64,000 nt of DNA from Salpingoeca rosetta (GCA_033442325.1 JAWQFM010000012.1:746122-810121); one strand, 5' to 3'. Counted from the stretch's first letter, positions 13,151-27,054 are shown. Notes: generated from the sequence alone by a model not told the origin. A program made the numbers and translations.

Positions 13151-14874
13151 ATGCTGTGGCTCTGGCGTCGAAGACGACGTGAGTACAGCTGACCACACCC
13201 TGCCTTTCGTATGTATGCGTCTGCTGCATTTGCTGCCCTCGTGTGGCGACTCAAAAGCCCACACAAACACACACACACACACACACACACCAGCATCTCG
13301 TGCCTGCATGCAACCAGCGTGTGAACTGCACATCGCTCCAACCATCGGCAGCGGCCTCACCACTCACCCAATCTTTCTGCGATTGTATCTCATCATGTTG
13401 CTCCTCTCAAGGGGACTCAGTGTACCTCTGGCTGCTCGTGGCAGCGGCAGTCTTCATCTACGGCACGTACCACCTTCGCACTGCAGGTACAAGAGTAAAA
13501 GACTGCCTGTGGAGTCTAGAGCATGCAGAGCGCCGAAGATCGTCAATGGAGAGCGAGAGAGAGTGGAAGGCCAAGAGACGGTCTTTGGCTGTGAGTCAGT
13601 TGAGCGCGACGGTGGCGTGCAACAGGCGTTCCAGCTGGTACCCATGATCCCGCGTCCATGGTTTATTTCGTGCATTACTGGTGCTTGCATGCAAGCACAT
13701 CATCGCCAGTGACCGCATCACACACGCATGTACACACACATGCGCACACACACATGCACACACATACATACACACACGCGCATACACACACGCATACACG
13801 CACACACGCACATGCACGCACACACTCACACGCTCACACGCTCACACACATGCATGCACACACACACACACACACACATCGCAACTGCAGACGACGAGGG
13901 CCTGGCGTCCACGGTCAAGCACGCCCCGCATGTCCGTGATCCTGCGAGGAAGCGAGATGACCACGCTTTTCAAGCTGCCCCTCCCCTTGGGGGCATACCT
14001 GCTGCCAACGTGCATGCGAGTCCGAGCAACGCCAACTCCAACTCGCCGTCACCGCCATCGTCAGCGTGGTCACATAACCGTGAGCAACGGCAATCGAGCG
14101 GCCGAACCCTAAACCTCTTCCTCGTCCCGACAGACCATCACGACTTTGGCCGGCTGCCGCAGTGGGAGAAGGATGCCTTTGCGTCCGTGTCCCAGCTCTC
14201 ACAGTGCGCATTCGCCGATATGGATGTGAGACTCACGGTGGTGGCGCCCACATCAGAGCTGCAAGGCACGGAACTGACGTTCACGCGCAAGCACATCGCC
14301 AGCGCGTGGAAGAACAAGGGCGCTTTCGACTTGGTCGTGCCAACACCCTCGGATCGCGGTGACAAGGACTTGTTTCCATGGGCTCACGTGCACCCAACAA
14401 ACACTCGTGCTGCTGATGGCAGCAGCGGACGCGACGAAGACACACATGACCCACGATCCAGGTCGGGCGGGGCGCATGCGCAATCCAACAGCAACGGCGC
14501 CGGCAGCACCAATACAACGACTGCAGCAACGGTGCTGCTGGACATTGGGGAGATTTCGGGCTTGACATGCGCGTTTGCCGACTGGGCGTTTGTTGTCAGT
14601 GACGAGCTGCAGGGCCGACGAGGCGTGGCAGGTGCTGCGCTTGCGCCCGCCACCATGTTGCAGCAACACACGCAAAACATCGTGCCATATTCCCAGCCTT
14701 TCATGCACATGCACCCTGGCGCGGGCGCATACGTGCCTGTGCCGCACGTGTGGCGGTCGTTTCTGCGCTGGGCGAGCCGGCGTCCGCAGCAGGAAAGCCT
14801 TCGCGCCTTACACCAGCGCCTACAGACTGCTGCTGAGCTCCTTGGCTTTCTGTCATCCAAGACCCAGCAACAAG

Positions 14875-14917
<43 letters not shown>

Positions 14918-17104
14918 AGAAGGTGTGTGGGGGATCTTCTTTCCACAAGTGGCATCGGCATGGCGGCAGCGGGGCCATCGCGCCCCGGAGGGCGAGGAAG
15001 TGACGCTGCCTCGATCTTGGGCAGTGTGGCTGGCTGCATATTGCCTCCAAGAGCAGCTGTACTCGTACTACTTGCCGGCCCAGCTGCATCTCATGACACT
15101 TCAGCAGGATGCATGGCACCGTAGCGGTGCTGCCGATGCACGTACACGAGCCAGCCAGGCGTTTGGGTTGGCAGCAGCACGGCAGCAACAGCACAAGCAC
15201 TTTCGCAGTGAGCCGTTCCAAGTTTCGTCGCCGTCGTCATGGAAGCACAGCACGCTCTTCCCAGATGCCTTCCACTATCTTAACTGGGACAATGCAGTCG
15301 TGCCCGTGTGTGCTTCGTCACCGTGTGCACACGGCCGCCTGTGCATTGACCACGACAATGGCTTTGTCTGCTGTTCCCCGGATGACCCAGCTTGCCACCA
15401 AGGCCGCGGATCGCCGGCGTTGCTCGTGCGTGTGTTGGCACCTTGCTCACACCCAGGCGAGCGTCTCGCACGCACTCTCGCGCACTTGGCGGCAGCGGAG
15501 AAAGCGCTGTCGAGCCCACACGCCGCGAATGCAGCTGGTGCCGACACACAGCTGTATCGCAACCCGCCCGTGTACCTTGAGATTGTCATCACCACCACAC
15601 CCGATGACGCTGAGGAGGACAATGATGCCGCTGACTCATCGCTGTCGCCCCTCGCGTCGTCAGCGTGCCGGGACGTGCTGCAGGTGGCCGATGGCTGGCA
15701 GTGGCCGTATGGGCGGCGAACGGTGCAGCACATGCACACCACCCACAGCATCAGCACCAGCAGTGTCCTGGAACACTCGCTCGCCACGCAGTCGCTCGTC
15801 AAGCAGGTGTGGGCAGCACCTCACCCACACACCCCAGGCGGTGCCCCAGCACACGTCCTCATGGTGGAAGCCGGCTTCCAGCCCTCGCATGTGTACCACG
15901 TGTGGCTGCAGTCCGTACTGCAGCAGTACCCAGTTGCCTCGTTGCCCAACCTTGGAGGCGTTGTGCTCCTGCCCACCGCGGCTATTGCCAGCGCACGCGC
16001 TCGCAATGATGAAGTGGAAGGCGGTGACAGCAGCCATCGGGCGGGCAGCGAAAAGACCGACGCTGGTGCTGTGAGCGCTGTCCTGGCGGCGGATGTGGGG
16101 AGAGGGGCGTTGCTGCTGTTGTCGAAGCACCGCCCAGCGTTTGCGGAATGGATTGGTGATGTTGCATCACACCGGCTCTTGGACACAGGCCGCTTGCGCG
16201 GCGGGAAAGATGCGCAGGGCAGACGCTTGCCTGCAGGCACGTGGCAGCTGTTTTCCGCATACGCTGCACTGTTTGCACAGGACAATGCCCTCTTCTTTCT
16301 GCAGCCTGATGGGCATGCCCTGGGCAGCTACGTTGGGGCAGAGCGGAGTGATGTGGCGGGTGCCGCGTCACGCGTGAAGTTGCCGCCACTGTTTGCTTTA
16401 CCAGCCGTGGATGAGCAAGGGCAGGTGATTCCCATGTGCCACAACATCGAGTGCCCTGCGAAGACGGTGTGTGTTGACTCACTGCAGGGCGCCGTGTGCA
16501 TGTGTGAGAGCCATGACTCGTGTGGCTTGTTCGAGCGGGAGGACCGACGAGAACAGCCGCGAGAGCAGCAGCAACAACAACCCCCACCTGGCAATGTGGG
16601 CGCTCGACAGCAGCCACCACATCAGCATGGCCAGCAGCAGCAGCAGCAGCAGCAGGAGCATGATGAGGAGGAGGAGGAAGAAGAGGTTCAGCGCGCTGTT
16701 GCGCGTGGGCCGCGCCTGTTCAGCGACGAGGCGACCGTTGCAGCCGTTGTGAAGAGCAACGCACGTGATGGCACGATTATTCTGCTCACCACCAGCAGCG
16801 GGTTCATGGACTTTTTCCTGAATTGGCGGGAAAGCGCCCGGCGCGTGGGCATCACCAACTACATGGTGCTGGCAGAGGATTTGTCGTGCTACGAGCAGCT
16901 GGAGGCCATTGACCCGGGCAAGGCTGTGCTGTCATCGGTTCGCATTGTCAAGGCAAGCGACACCGATGCGCAGATTGGAAAGGACAAGACAGGCTTCTCC
17001 TACGCTTCCAAGCAGTACAACGAAAGTGAGAGAGAGTGTGTGTATGTGTGCGTTTGTGTGTTTTTGTGTGTTTGTGTGTGTGTGTGTGTTTGTGTGCGTG
17101 TGTT

Positions 17105-17175
<71 letters not shown>

Positions 17176-18037
17176 CTGAGTGAGTGTGTTTGCGTGTGAG
17201 TGTAAGTTTGTGTGCGCGTCATGGTTGAAACGGACTGACTGCTGCGGCTTTGCGCTTGTCGTTAAACGCCACGCAAGCTCACGCAACACTCCCTGCTCAC
17301 CTGCTCACCTGCTTACCTCTTCACGTACTTGCAGTTGTCAGCCGGCGCCCCACATATATTGGGCGACTGCTGCGCATGGGGTACAATGTGCTGTACACAG
17401 ACACTGACACGGTGTGGCTCGAAAACCCGTTTCAGCATTTCCCACCAGACTACGACATGTACATCCAAAGTGACAAAGAAGGTGCGTATGTGCGTGTATG
17501 TGTTGCGTGCGCGTGTATGGCAAGGCTTTGCCTGCAAGGATTCGTCAACGCCTGTCGCGTGTTTGTGTTGTTTTGCTCTTGCTCTTGCTATCTTCTTATC
17601 TTGTGACGTTCATCACTCCTCACACGAGCCATACATCGCAGCATACGTGCACACATGCTCTGATGGCTCACATCACCCCACTCGTTCGATTTCTTCTGTC
17701 TGTCTCTCCCCCCCTGTTCTCGATGCATCTGTCTCTGTCTGTTTGTCTTGTTGCCAGATGAGACGTTTGATCCGTGGCACATGTTGTGCACGGGGTTCAT
17801 GTTTATGCGTGCGGGCACGGGGATGATTCAGTTTATGGACGATTGGCGAACAGCATTGCAAGAAGCCCAAGGAAAGTTTGTGAACCAATACATCTTCAAC
17901 GACCTCTTCCAAAGCAGGTACGTAAGTGCGCAAGAAGTGCGCAATTGCAAAGGTGCATGAATGCTTCTGACATGTCAGTGTGCTAATATTTGCCCTCGCG
18001 TCAACACCTACACACACACACACACACACACACACAT

Positions 18038-18110
<73 letters not shown>

Positions 18111-18373
18111 GGTACCGGGCAAAGCTACGCGTTTATGTGCTGCCAGATATGAAGTTCCCCTCTGGCGCGCTATTCTTCAACCGGGCGTGGCGTGAGAAGC
18201 AGCCGTCGCCACCAGCTGTTGTGCACAACAACTTCATTGTCGGGCCAGACAGCAAGCGCAGGCGCTTTCGTGCTCGCGGCCTCTGGTTTGTCGACGACAC
18301 AGTTCAGAATGGCAAGGACAATGACAATGGTGGTCGTGGCACGGGTGGTGGTGGACGGGCGGAGTTTCGGTGA
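13151..18373 (+). CDS. Type II membrane multidomain glycosyltransferase: TM - [degenerate GT-A/GT2-like - EGF]x2 - nucleotide-diphospho-sugar transferase (GT77-like)
   Basis: Exons are approximately 13151-13178, 13412-13486 (signal anchor VYLWLLVAAAVFIYG), 13891-17025, 17334-17481, 17758-17917 and 18111-18373. C-terminal motifs: IILLTTSSGFMDFFLNW, LLRMGYNVLYTDTDTVWLENPF (DxD), LCTGFMFMR, NQYIFN, VVHNNFIVGPDSKRRRFRARGLW. Confidence 0.85.
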
Positions 18374-18770
18374 TGATGGGTGAGCTAAGGACAGTGGAGG
18401 TGAAGGGAAAGGTAAGTAGAGACAGGCGGTAGGGGTGGTAGTGAAGTGTGACAACAGGCGAGGCAGAAGTGGGACACTAATATTGTGGTTTCAGCGCGCT
18501 CCGCTCATTTGCTTGCAAGCAGCAATGGTGCATTTAATGCCGTAGTTTGTACAGTGCAATATGTGATGCAAAGCACGCGTTTTGTGTACATATGAACACA
18601 ATTAATGAACAGCGAGCCTGGCCGGCAGCAGTGGTGCACATGTGGGCAAACTAAAAGAGGAGACGAGAGGAGAGGAGAGGAAGGGCAGGAAAGGTGTTGG
18701 GGTGAACAAAGGAGAGGCTGAGAGGTGATGACAGGAGAACAACGATTACCACGTGACCCGTTAAACATTC

Positions 18771-18819
<49 letters not shown>

Positions 18820-19453
18820 GGTACCGGGCAAAGCTACGCGTTTATGTGCTGCCAGATATGAAGTTCCCCTCTGGCGCGCTATTCTTCAACCGGGCGTGGC
18901 GTGAGAAGCAGCCGTCGCCACCAGCTGTTGTGCACAACAACTTCATTGTCGGGCCAGACAGCAAGCGCAGGCGCTTTCGTGCTCGCGGCCTCTGGTTTGT
19001 CGACGACACAGTTCAGAATGGCAAGGACAATGACAATGGTGGTCGTGGCACGGGTGGTGGTGGACGGGCGGAGTTTCGGTGATGATGGGTGAGCTAAGGA
19101 CAGTGGAGGTGAAGGGAAAGGTAAGTAGAGACAGGCGGTAGGGGTGGTAGTGAAGTGTGACAACAGGCGAGGCAGAAGTGGGACACTAATATTGTGGTTT
19201 CAGCGCGCTCCGCTCATTTGCTTGCAAGCAGCAATGGTGCATTTAATGCCGTAGTTTGTACAGTGCAATATGTGATGCAAAGCACGCGTTTGTGTACATA
19301 TGAACAACAATTAATGAACAGCGAGCCTGGCCGGCAGCAGTGGTGCACATGTGGGCAAACTAAAAGAGGAGACGAGAGGAGAGGAGAGGAAGGGCAGGGA
19401 AGGTGTTGGGGTGAACAAAGGAGAGGCTGAGAGGTGATGACAGGAGAACAACG
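18063..19453. repeat. Direct tandem duplication (709-bp offset) of the last GT77 exon and 3' flank
   Basis: 18111-18744 recurs at 18820-19453. The coding part looks identical, with a few 1-nt differences near the end of copy 1. About 28 unique bases plus a CA tract sit at the junction. Confidence 0.95.
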
Positions 19454-19762
19454 GAAGAAAGATGTGAGGGATTTGGTGTGGAGGCGGACAGTGAGCGCTG
19501 CGTGTGTGAGCGTCATGTAATGCGCGTGCGAGAGAGAGGGGGGGGGGGGTGGGGTGAAACAGAGGATGCATCCTAACGTAACAAACGCTGCTTTGTGAAG
19601 AGTTAAACTGAGAACGGTGACGCGAGGAGAGAGCAAAGTGAAGATGCTTAGTTACAACCAAAGGAGAAGAGGAAGGCGAAAAAAGTACGCACGCACATGT
19701 GTGTGCATGTGCGTGTTTGGTTGCGATAAAGCTGCGTCTAACTAGAAAGAACCGGCTGATTT

Positions 19763-19921
19763 CACGTGCATCTGAAGAGCAGAGCCGAAGAGAGGGAAGG
19801 GGGAGTTGATGGCGGACAGTGAGCTGTTGCATGGGTACACTGCAGATGCGTAAAGCAACAGGGGCACGCCGACACACACATAGGAACACCGCAACACAGC
19901 TACACACACACAACTACACAG

Positions 19922-19972
<51 letters not shown>

Positions 19973-20047
19973 CATACACAGCTACACACACCCAGACAAA
20001 CAGAAAGACACACGCCCACACGCACACACACGCACAGCTACAGACAT

Positions 20048-20085
<38 letters not shown>

Positions 20086-21526
20086 CGCACCTTGTGGCGA
20101 CGTGGTGCTTCTCGCATTTGAGGGAGCAGTACTTTGCACCGCAGGCGATGCACGTGTACTTGGCCATGAACCCGCACACAGCGCATATGGGGCGGGGAGG
20201 AACACGCGCACGCGGCGCCTGTGCGCGCAGATATGCGCACAGCAGCGGGGCCTGGGGTGCAGTGTGCTCGTGGTCACGGCTCTTTCCACGCGGGGTTGAC
20301 GATGAAGATGGCGATGTGATGGCGGTGATGGTGGTACGACTGCCTTTCCTGCTGCTGTTGCCACTGCTCGCCTTGGCTGGCGTGTGTGCCCCGCTCCCCG
20401 TCTTGCTACCAGCAGCAGCAGTAGTGGCAGTACCAGCGGTGGTTGCACTTGTGGATGACGTGGAGGATGATGATGAGATGGCGGATCGACGGCCCTTCTT
20501 GGCGGGTCGGCGTCGCTTGGCTGCGCTGCCCGGGGCGGAGGCCGCCTTCTGCTGCGCTTTGGATCGCTTTGGCGGCTGGCTGCCGTCCTCTGTCAACTCG
20601 TCGGCTTGGCTCAACTCTGCCCCATGCTGCAACTGTTCGTCCCGTAACCTCTCTTGCTGTCATGACGCGTACACAGAGGGTGAGATGTTGAGGTGTGTGT
20701 GGGTGTGCGTGTGTGAGTGTGTGTATGTGAGTGTGTGTACGTGAGTGTGAGTGTGCGTGTGTGTGTGAGTGTATGTGAGTGCATGTGAGTGTGTGTGTGC
20801 GCACGCACCCGTGCGTGCATGAGAGTGTGGACATGGGAGGTTGCTGAAGGGTGAGCTGGGTTTGTGCAAGGCCAAATACAGCACGCGGGTCACGCACCTC
20901 GTCCGCAATCAGTGTGCTTAGGCTCAGCCGCGCTCGGTACTGCAATCCACAAAACGGCAAGGGAAGAAGCGTGAGGTCGACACAGAAGAGCGAGTATGCG
21001 TTCGCAAGTGGGTGCGAAGACCAAGCCAAGACAAAGCTGGCGCGTGCTCCTCTCTCCTCCTCTCTTTCTCTCTCTCTCTCTCTCGACAATGATGCAGCAC
21101 TAACAAAGGATGGCTCGCGCCGTCTTCTGTGGCCAGAGAGCTTGTGCTTCTTTGTTGTGTGCGATGACTTTGGAGGGTTGTCCACTGCAAGCCCAAGACA
21201 CAACCACAAACGGAGAAAGGTGTCGACGTGAGAGGCAAGAGAGCCAAGGTGGTCGAAAAACGGAGGCAAATGGAACCGGAGATCACTAGCTGTGGTACAG
21301 GCAGCCGTGTTGCACTGCAACACGCAGAGACACACGCACACGCACAGCCACCACTGCCTCACTCACTACTGCCAAGCAGCGACTTACGCATGGGAATGTC
21401 TGGGCGTTGCAAGGAGCAGTTTTCGTGAAGGGCATCGAGGTAGTGCTTCCGTCTTCGTTGCCGTGCTACTTGGTCCAATATCCGTCTCCCAAGCCTTCGG
21501 GAAGACACAGATGTCTTGCCTTTCAT
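19763..21526 (-). CDS. ZNHIT1: Zinc finger HIT protein 1 / Vps71-Swc6 (SRCAP/SWR1 subunit)
   Basis: N-terminal RRILDQVARQRRRKHYLDALHEN and C-terminal YLRAQAPRARVPPRPICAVCGFMAKYTCIACGAKYCSLKCEKHHVATRC (zf-HIT). The last micro-exon and stop are uncertain. Confidence 0.88.
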
Positions 21527-21883
21527 CGTCACCGTCGTTCCTACAGTTGCTTATCGCATTCACCAATCGCGCAGCAGACTGACTGATGTGAAAAGGAAGA
21601 AAAAGAAAAGAGAGGGAGGGAGAGGGGGATGCCTATGTGTCTGCGCGTGCCTGTTGATGTCTAGATGCGCGTGCGTGTGGATAACTGTGCCTGTGGCTGT
21701 GCTCACCCACAACAACGACTGCAACCACGAACCACCACGTGGCAATCAACAATAAGGGTGCAGCAAGGAACCGCAAGCCAAGAAGAAGGGTGCACAACAG
21801 CAGCAGCAGCCCAACTGCAGGCGTTCGCTTGCGTTGGTTTGAGCGCGGTTGTGGAAAACTGGGCATATCTTACAACGAAAATC

Positions 21884-22314
21884 ATGTCGGAAGGACGTTT
21901 GAACTTGAGGTGAGCCAGCGAGTTGGAGAGTGGTGATGTGGGCTGGTGTTGGCAGTGGTGGTGGCTGGCTTGCCAATGCTTGGTGACAGCAGTGTGTGTG
22001 TGTGTGTGTGTGTGTCGGTGTGTATTGTGGTGGCTCATTGGTGGATCGTGTGTGGTTGCGAGCTTATAGACAAGCCGTGGACCGGCTTCGCGGGTTTGGG
22101 TTCCCGAGCGAGGAAAACGCCACGGCGCTGACGGATGAGCTGCGTTACATCACGGAGCTTGTGGTGTGGGGTGACAAGCATGATCCAGAGGTCTTTGAAA
22201 CCTTTATGGAGTATGACCTCCTCGGCATCATCCGCGACATGATGGACCCTGCCATCGATCGCGTGCACGTGAGTCCAACCCTGAGATCGAGTGTGTATGC
22301 GCGAGCGAGCGAGC

Positions 22315-22397
<83 letters not shown>

Positions 22398-23332
22398 CGT
22401 GCGTGTTTGTGTGCGTGTGTGTGTGTGCGTGTGTGCTTGTGTGTGTTGTGTGTGTGTGCGTGTGGATTGTGTATGTTTGTGAATATGCCACGTGCCATGT
22501 GTGTGTGTGAGAGTGCGCTGTCTTGTCTATCAGTTCATGGCCGAGCCTTCTTTTGTTCCCTTGTCACCAGATGCAAGTGTTCCAGACGCTTGGCATTTGG
22601 ATGGAGACTCTGGAAACGCCAACGTCCAAATGTGCGTTTGTGTGCATCTGCACGTGTGCGTGTGTGGTGGATCTCTGACTGCGTGCATTTCGCGTGTGCA
22701 GTGCGCTGATGCACACGCTCCCGTTGTTTTTGCTGTGCAGGGTATCTCATGTCGCGCAACTACATCAACGACATCATATCGTGCCAAAGCATCAACTTGG
22801 ATCACGAGGAGGTACGACTCTGTGTGTGTATATGCGTGTGCGCGTGTGTGTGTGCGTGTGTGTGTGCGCGCGCGTGTGTGTGTGCGTGTGCGTGTGTGTG
22901 TGCAAAGGCTGGTGAAACAATTTGCCCTTGTGCAGCCTAGCTGTAGCCTAGCTGTTTGCGTGTGTGTGCGCGCGCTTGCAAGCACTGTTTGGGAGCGGGT
23001 TGACAGAAAAAGGAGGTTGTGCGCGTGTGTGTAGGTGCTTGGATATTACATTTCCTTGTTGAAGCTGCTGGCGTTGAAGCTGAGCCCAGACACCATCCTC
23101 TTCTTCCGCAACATGGTCAGCAGCATGCAACGTGTGCACGTGCCTTTGTCTGTGCGTATGTGACCATCGTTGTCCACGCAAGGCGCTCTTGCACGCTGCA
23201 GCACACCTTTGCTTGATGCTGTCGCTGTCACATCCCAGTCACACCGACTGCTATTAACGCATGCATGTGTGTCTCTCGTGCGTATCATGTGTGTCTCGTG
23301 TGTTTCGTACGTTTTGTGTGTTTCGTGTCGGG

Positions 23333-23367
<35 letters not shown>

Positions 23368-26300
23368 TGTGTGTGTGTGGGTGGGTGCGTGCATGCATGT
23401 GCGTGTGGGTGCGTACGCGTGTTACGTGCATGTGACGTGCGTGTTGTGGTGCAGCAACGAGGCGACTTCCCTCTGTTCACGCAGGCCATCAAGCTGTACA
23501 ACCACGACAACACCATGGTGCGCATCGCTGTCAGGAACATCACGCTAATGGCATTCAGAGGTCAGAACAGCATGGGTGTGCGTGCATACATGCTGTATGC
23601 CAGGGTGTACATGTGCAGGTGTGTGTGCACACACACATGTGTTTGTTATTCTAAGTGTGCGTGCACGAGGATACTTGCACGCACTTGTGTGGGTGTGTCG
23701 CTTCTGTCTGTCTCTGCGTTCCATCTGAACCATCTCGTCATTGACTAATTATAACGTCACCACCACCACCACCACCACCACCGCGATCACCACCGCCGCC
23801 GCGATCACCGCCTGTGCGCTGCAGTGCGGGAGGCGACGCTGGAGGACTGGCTGGCGACTGTGGCTGCACCGCCGTATTTCGCCACCATCATGTGGACCGT
23901 TGGCAACACCTCGTTCCGTCTCAACGAATGCATCGCCTGCGATGACAGGTCCGTCCACAGTGCGTGTGTGTTTGTGCGTGCGCGTGTGTGTGCGTGTGTG
24001 TGCGTGTGTGTGCGTGTGTGTGCGTGTGTGCGTGTGTGTGCGTGTATGCGTGTGTGTGCGTGTATGTGTGTGCGTGCGCGTGTGTGTGTTGTCTTGTGTG
24101 CACGTGTTTGCGTGCGTGCGTGTGTCAACTTCTTTGTGTCTGTGCACACCAATGAAGCCAACTTCTCTGCACCCATCACTCCTCCCCACGACAATCAATC
24201 AATCACCACCGCCAGTGCTGCTGCGGCGAGTCTTGTGGCCGAGCACCTCGATGCGTTTCAGTACATGGACGAGGTCATGGGTACAGCCCACCCCGCTGTT
24301 GTCGCTGTTGTCCGCCGCTGCGCCCTCTCCAATCTCCTCCTCCCCCTCCATGTCGGCAGCCTCGCTGCTCGCCACGGCCGCAAACAAGACCAGTCCACCA
24401 GCAGTGGTGGTGATGATCATGACGACGATGGTGACCAGGTGCGCATCACAATCGTGTACGCGCGCGTGTCGTGTGTGTGTGTGTGCTTGAGTGTGTGTGA
24501 ATACCTGGCGCCCAAAGACCTCACTTCTTCCTCACCCCCCCCATCACTCAACCACACCCACTTCCACACACATGCACACATGCACATGTGCACACATGCC
24601 CACTTCTCTCAACAGGTGCTGTCGCCGGGCGTTTCGCTCTTCATCCTCGCGCAGGCCCTCTCCACCTTCCAGGACAAGGAGGTGCAAACTCTTTGTGCGT
24701 GCGTGTATCTGTGCGTGTGTATGAGTGTGCATGTGTGTGTGCGTGTGCGTGTGTATGTGTGTGTATATGAGAGTGTGTGTGTGCATGTGTGTGTGCGCGT
24801 GTGTGTGTTTGTGTGTGTATTGAGGAACATGCGATGACCATCATGTGCGATGTGATTGTGTCATGTCTTAAATGTCCAGCGCCTTCAAGCTCACGTGTGG
24901 TCGCCGTTGTGTGTGCTGTTGTCGGTGTTGGCTTGACCAGCTGTTGAGGGCGATTGTGTGCACACTGCTCACGGGCATACCAGACTGCGATCACGCCGAC
25001 GAAGGTACGCACACAGTGTATCACATACATACACACACGCACCCAGACGCACACCCACCACCACACACACACACACACACACACGCACGCACACACACGC
25101 ACACACACACATACACACACACGCACACACACACACACACTTGCACGACGTGGCCTTGCGATGACTCACTCTTGTCTTCTCTGATGGCTCTATTGTTTTC
25201 TTTTCAGACGCATCGAAAGCAGCAGAATCATCACATACGCCTGAGAAGGACAGCGAAACGCAACAGCAACAGCGGCAACAGCAGCAGTGGCAGTGGCAGC
25301 ATCAACAACGCGAGCAGCAAGACGGGCAGCAAGTGTCGCCTCCATTCTCCACACCATCAACCCCACCCCTGTCACCCATGACAGCATCCCCAGCACGTGC
25401 ACGCGCCGTTCGTGTTGGATTTCTTCGCCGTCCAAAGGAGGACATGAGCACGCTCCTCTCTGGCTGGAGCAGCGGGTATCATCCGGACCCAAAGACCGGC
25501 GCACCCGTCGCGTCGCCAGGCACAACACGCAGGGGACGCACCCGCAGCGATGGTGATGGTGATGGTGATGATGATGGTGATGGTGATGGTGATGGTGATG
25601 GTGATGGTGGCGATGATGTGAAGAGGGTTGAAGAACAACTGGGTGCACTGAATGTCGGAAAACCTGTTGGCAATGACGATGATGATGGTGATCATGATGG
25701 TTGCGGTGATGCGAGTGACAATGCAGCCGTGGGGAGTGAGAACGGCGCCTCCAATGTCGGCTATGGCGACAGCTGCTTTCAAATGCTGCTTCGAGCCCTC
25801 GAGTGCATTCCAGACGACAGGACCGCACTGCCGGCGCTCTGTTGCCTGCAGGCATTACTGGAGCAACAGCAGAATGGGCTGGTTCCAAATGCATTTCAGG
25901 CCAAAGGGCTGGTCCTGCCAACACCCGACTGCAACGTTGGCGACTACAACCAGGTGTGGAAGGCTTTCAAGGTCGATTGTGCATGCGTTTGTGTGTAAAC
26001 TTAAACCTAGTGTGGACTGCAGTTCGGTGAGTTGGTGCTGTGTGTGCATGGAAACGAATATGCAACAGCTGTGTTGCTTAGTGTCTCATCTGTGTGTGCG
26101 TGCATGCGTGCGTGTGTGTAACTCGTTTCTGCTGCCCAGGATCTCGTTGGTGAGATGGTGCGCATTGTGCGGCGAGCAGCAACGTAAGAATTGACCTCAC
26201 AGTAATGTGTGATGTGATGTGATGTGTGTGTGATGTGTGTGTGTGTGTGATGTGTGTGTGTGTGTGTGGCAGTTCCGCATGTGTGCTCGTGTGGCCTTAG

Positions 26301-26980
26301 ATTGCGGGCCTGTGCGATGCCGTTGTGCTTGTTCCTCACAACTCACTCCTGTTGTCCACCTCCACCATTCTAACAATGCTGCTGCTCATGGTGGTGCTTG
26401 GCGATGGGCAGGGTGGATGCAAAAGTGCGGCTGATCACGCTAACGATGGCGGCGCGCCTCATACATATGCTCGTCACCTGTCACGTCGATCCCGATGCAC
26501 AGCAGCAGCAGCAGCACCAGCAGCAGCACCAGCAGCAGCACCAGCAGCACCAGCAGCAAGCGGCGAAGATGGATGGCGACAGCAGGTTTGAATGCACGTG
26601 TGGGTGCTGAGCTGCGTTGCGTAATTGCGTAGTTGTGTTGTTGCGTTGCTGCGGTGAGGTGCGGTTGCATGGCCTCTAGTTTCAAGTGCGTGCATGCGAT
26701 TGTGCTTGCACACACGCTCACACATGGTCCGGTTTTGTTGTTGTTGCGTGTTTGTGTTGCGTGTTGTCGTCATTGTATGGGGTGTCACGCCAGGGTGAGC
26801 CAGAAGTGCTTCATTATCGACAACCACCGCCATCTCATTTCACAAGCGCTGTCTCAAAGCGCAACGCAGCTCAAGGTGCGAAGCGGAAGGAGGCGTAGTT
26901 GATGTGATGATGAGATGATTTGTGCTTAGCCACCACGCATGTGCACGTTCGCGCAGACAGACAGACGAACAAACAAAAGC

Positions 26981-27054
<74 letters not shown>

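Noticed and set aside
18846-19082. 78-aa ORF as an independent gene
   Set aside because: It is a copy of the last GT77 exon and starts at GTG within the exon.
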